Shown: positions 63,981 to 64,000 of the stretch, in pieces
How positions within the stretch are numbered: position 1 is the stretch's first letter
Layout of the letters: each line of letters begins with the position of its first letter
Virus record (IMG/VR): IMGVR_UViG_3300046542_000291
Location: 246,397-310,396 of that record
Reading direction: 5' to 3' (one strand)
Length of the DNA stretch: 64,000 bases
Translations under genes and position numbers: made by a program
The notes under the pieces: model-generated
Told to the model about the DNA's origin: nothing
Database searches by the model: none
Seen by the model: the letters and a program-made list of their open reading frames with translations, nothing else

Positions 63981-64000
63981 ATTGTGATATAGACTTGAGA
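63981..64000 (-). promoter_or_regulatory. chimallin promoter TCTCAAGTCTATATCACAAT (may extend beyond the window)
   Basis: Matches the TCTCA..TCTATAT.ACA motif at 49401 and 54526. Confidence 0.65.

Overview
This window is the conserved core of a nucleus-forming, phiKZ-like jumbo phage (Chimalliviridae-type). Most genes lie on the minus strand. From right to left: chimallin (nuclear shell); the non-virion RNA polymerase block (beta' N-half with NADFDGD, gp68-like specificity subunit, beta C-half, beta' C-half), interleaved with probable ChmC, PicA/Imp1, a gp70-like protein and an Mre11/SbcD nuclease; an SF2 helicase; a free-standing GIY-YIG homing endonuclease; a cluster of small membrane proteins; a virion RNAP subunit; two C-type-lectin-like/Kelch accessory proteins; a split family-B DNA polymerase subunit; a long block of virion and inner-head paralogs with acidic propeptides; and an early accessory region with a DarG-like macrodomain and repeated TATATTAC promoters. 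phiKZ gp numbers are inferred from motifs plus remembered synteny, not from a database search. Best leads: (1) a 50-aa mini-gene directly upstream of, and translationally coupled to, the nvRNAP beta subunit, which copies that subunit's own conserved N-terminal segment; (2) a probable programmed -1 frameshift (G_TTT_TTT) joining ORF 39150 to the start-less ORF 40916; (3) a NADAR-like gene overlapping the DNA polymerase plus a DarG-like macrodomain, a candidate two-arm anti-DarTG kit; (4) a distinct promoter subclass upstream of chimallin and nvRNAP genes; (5) a structured chimallin 3' UTR.
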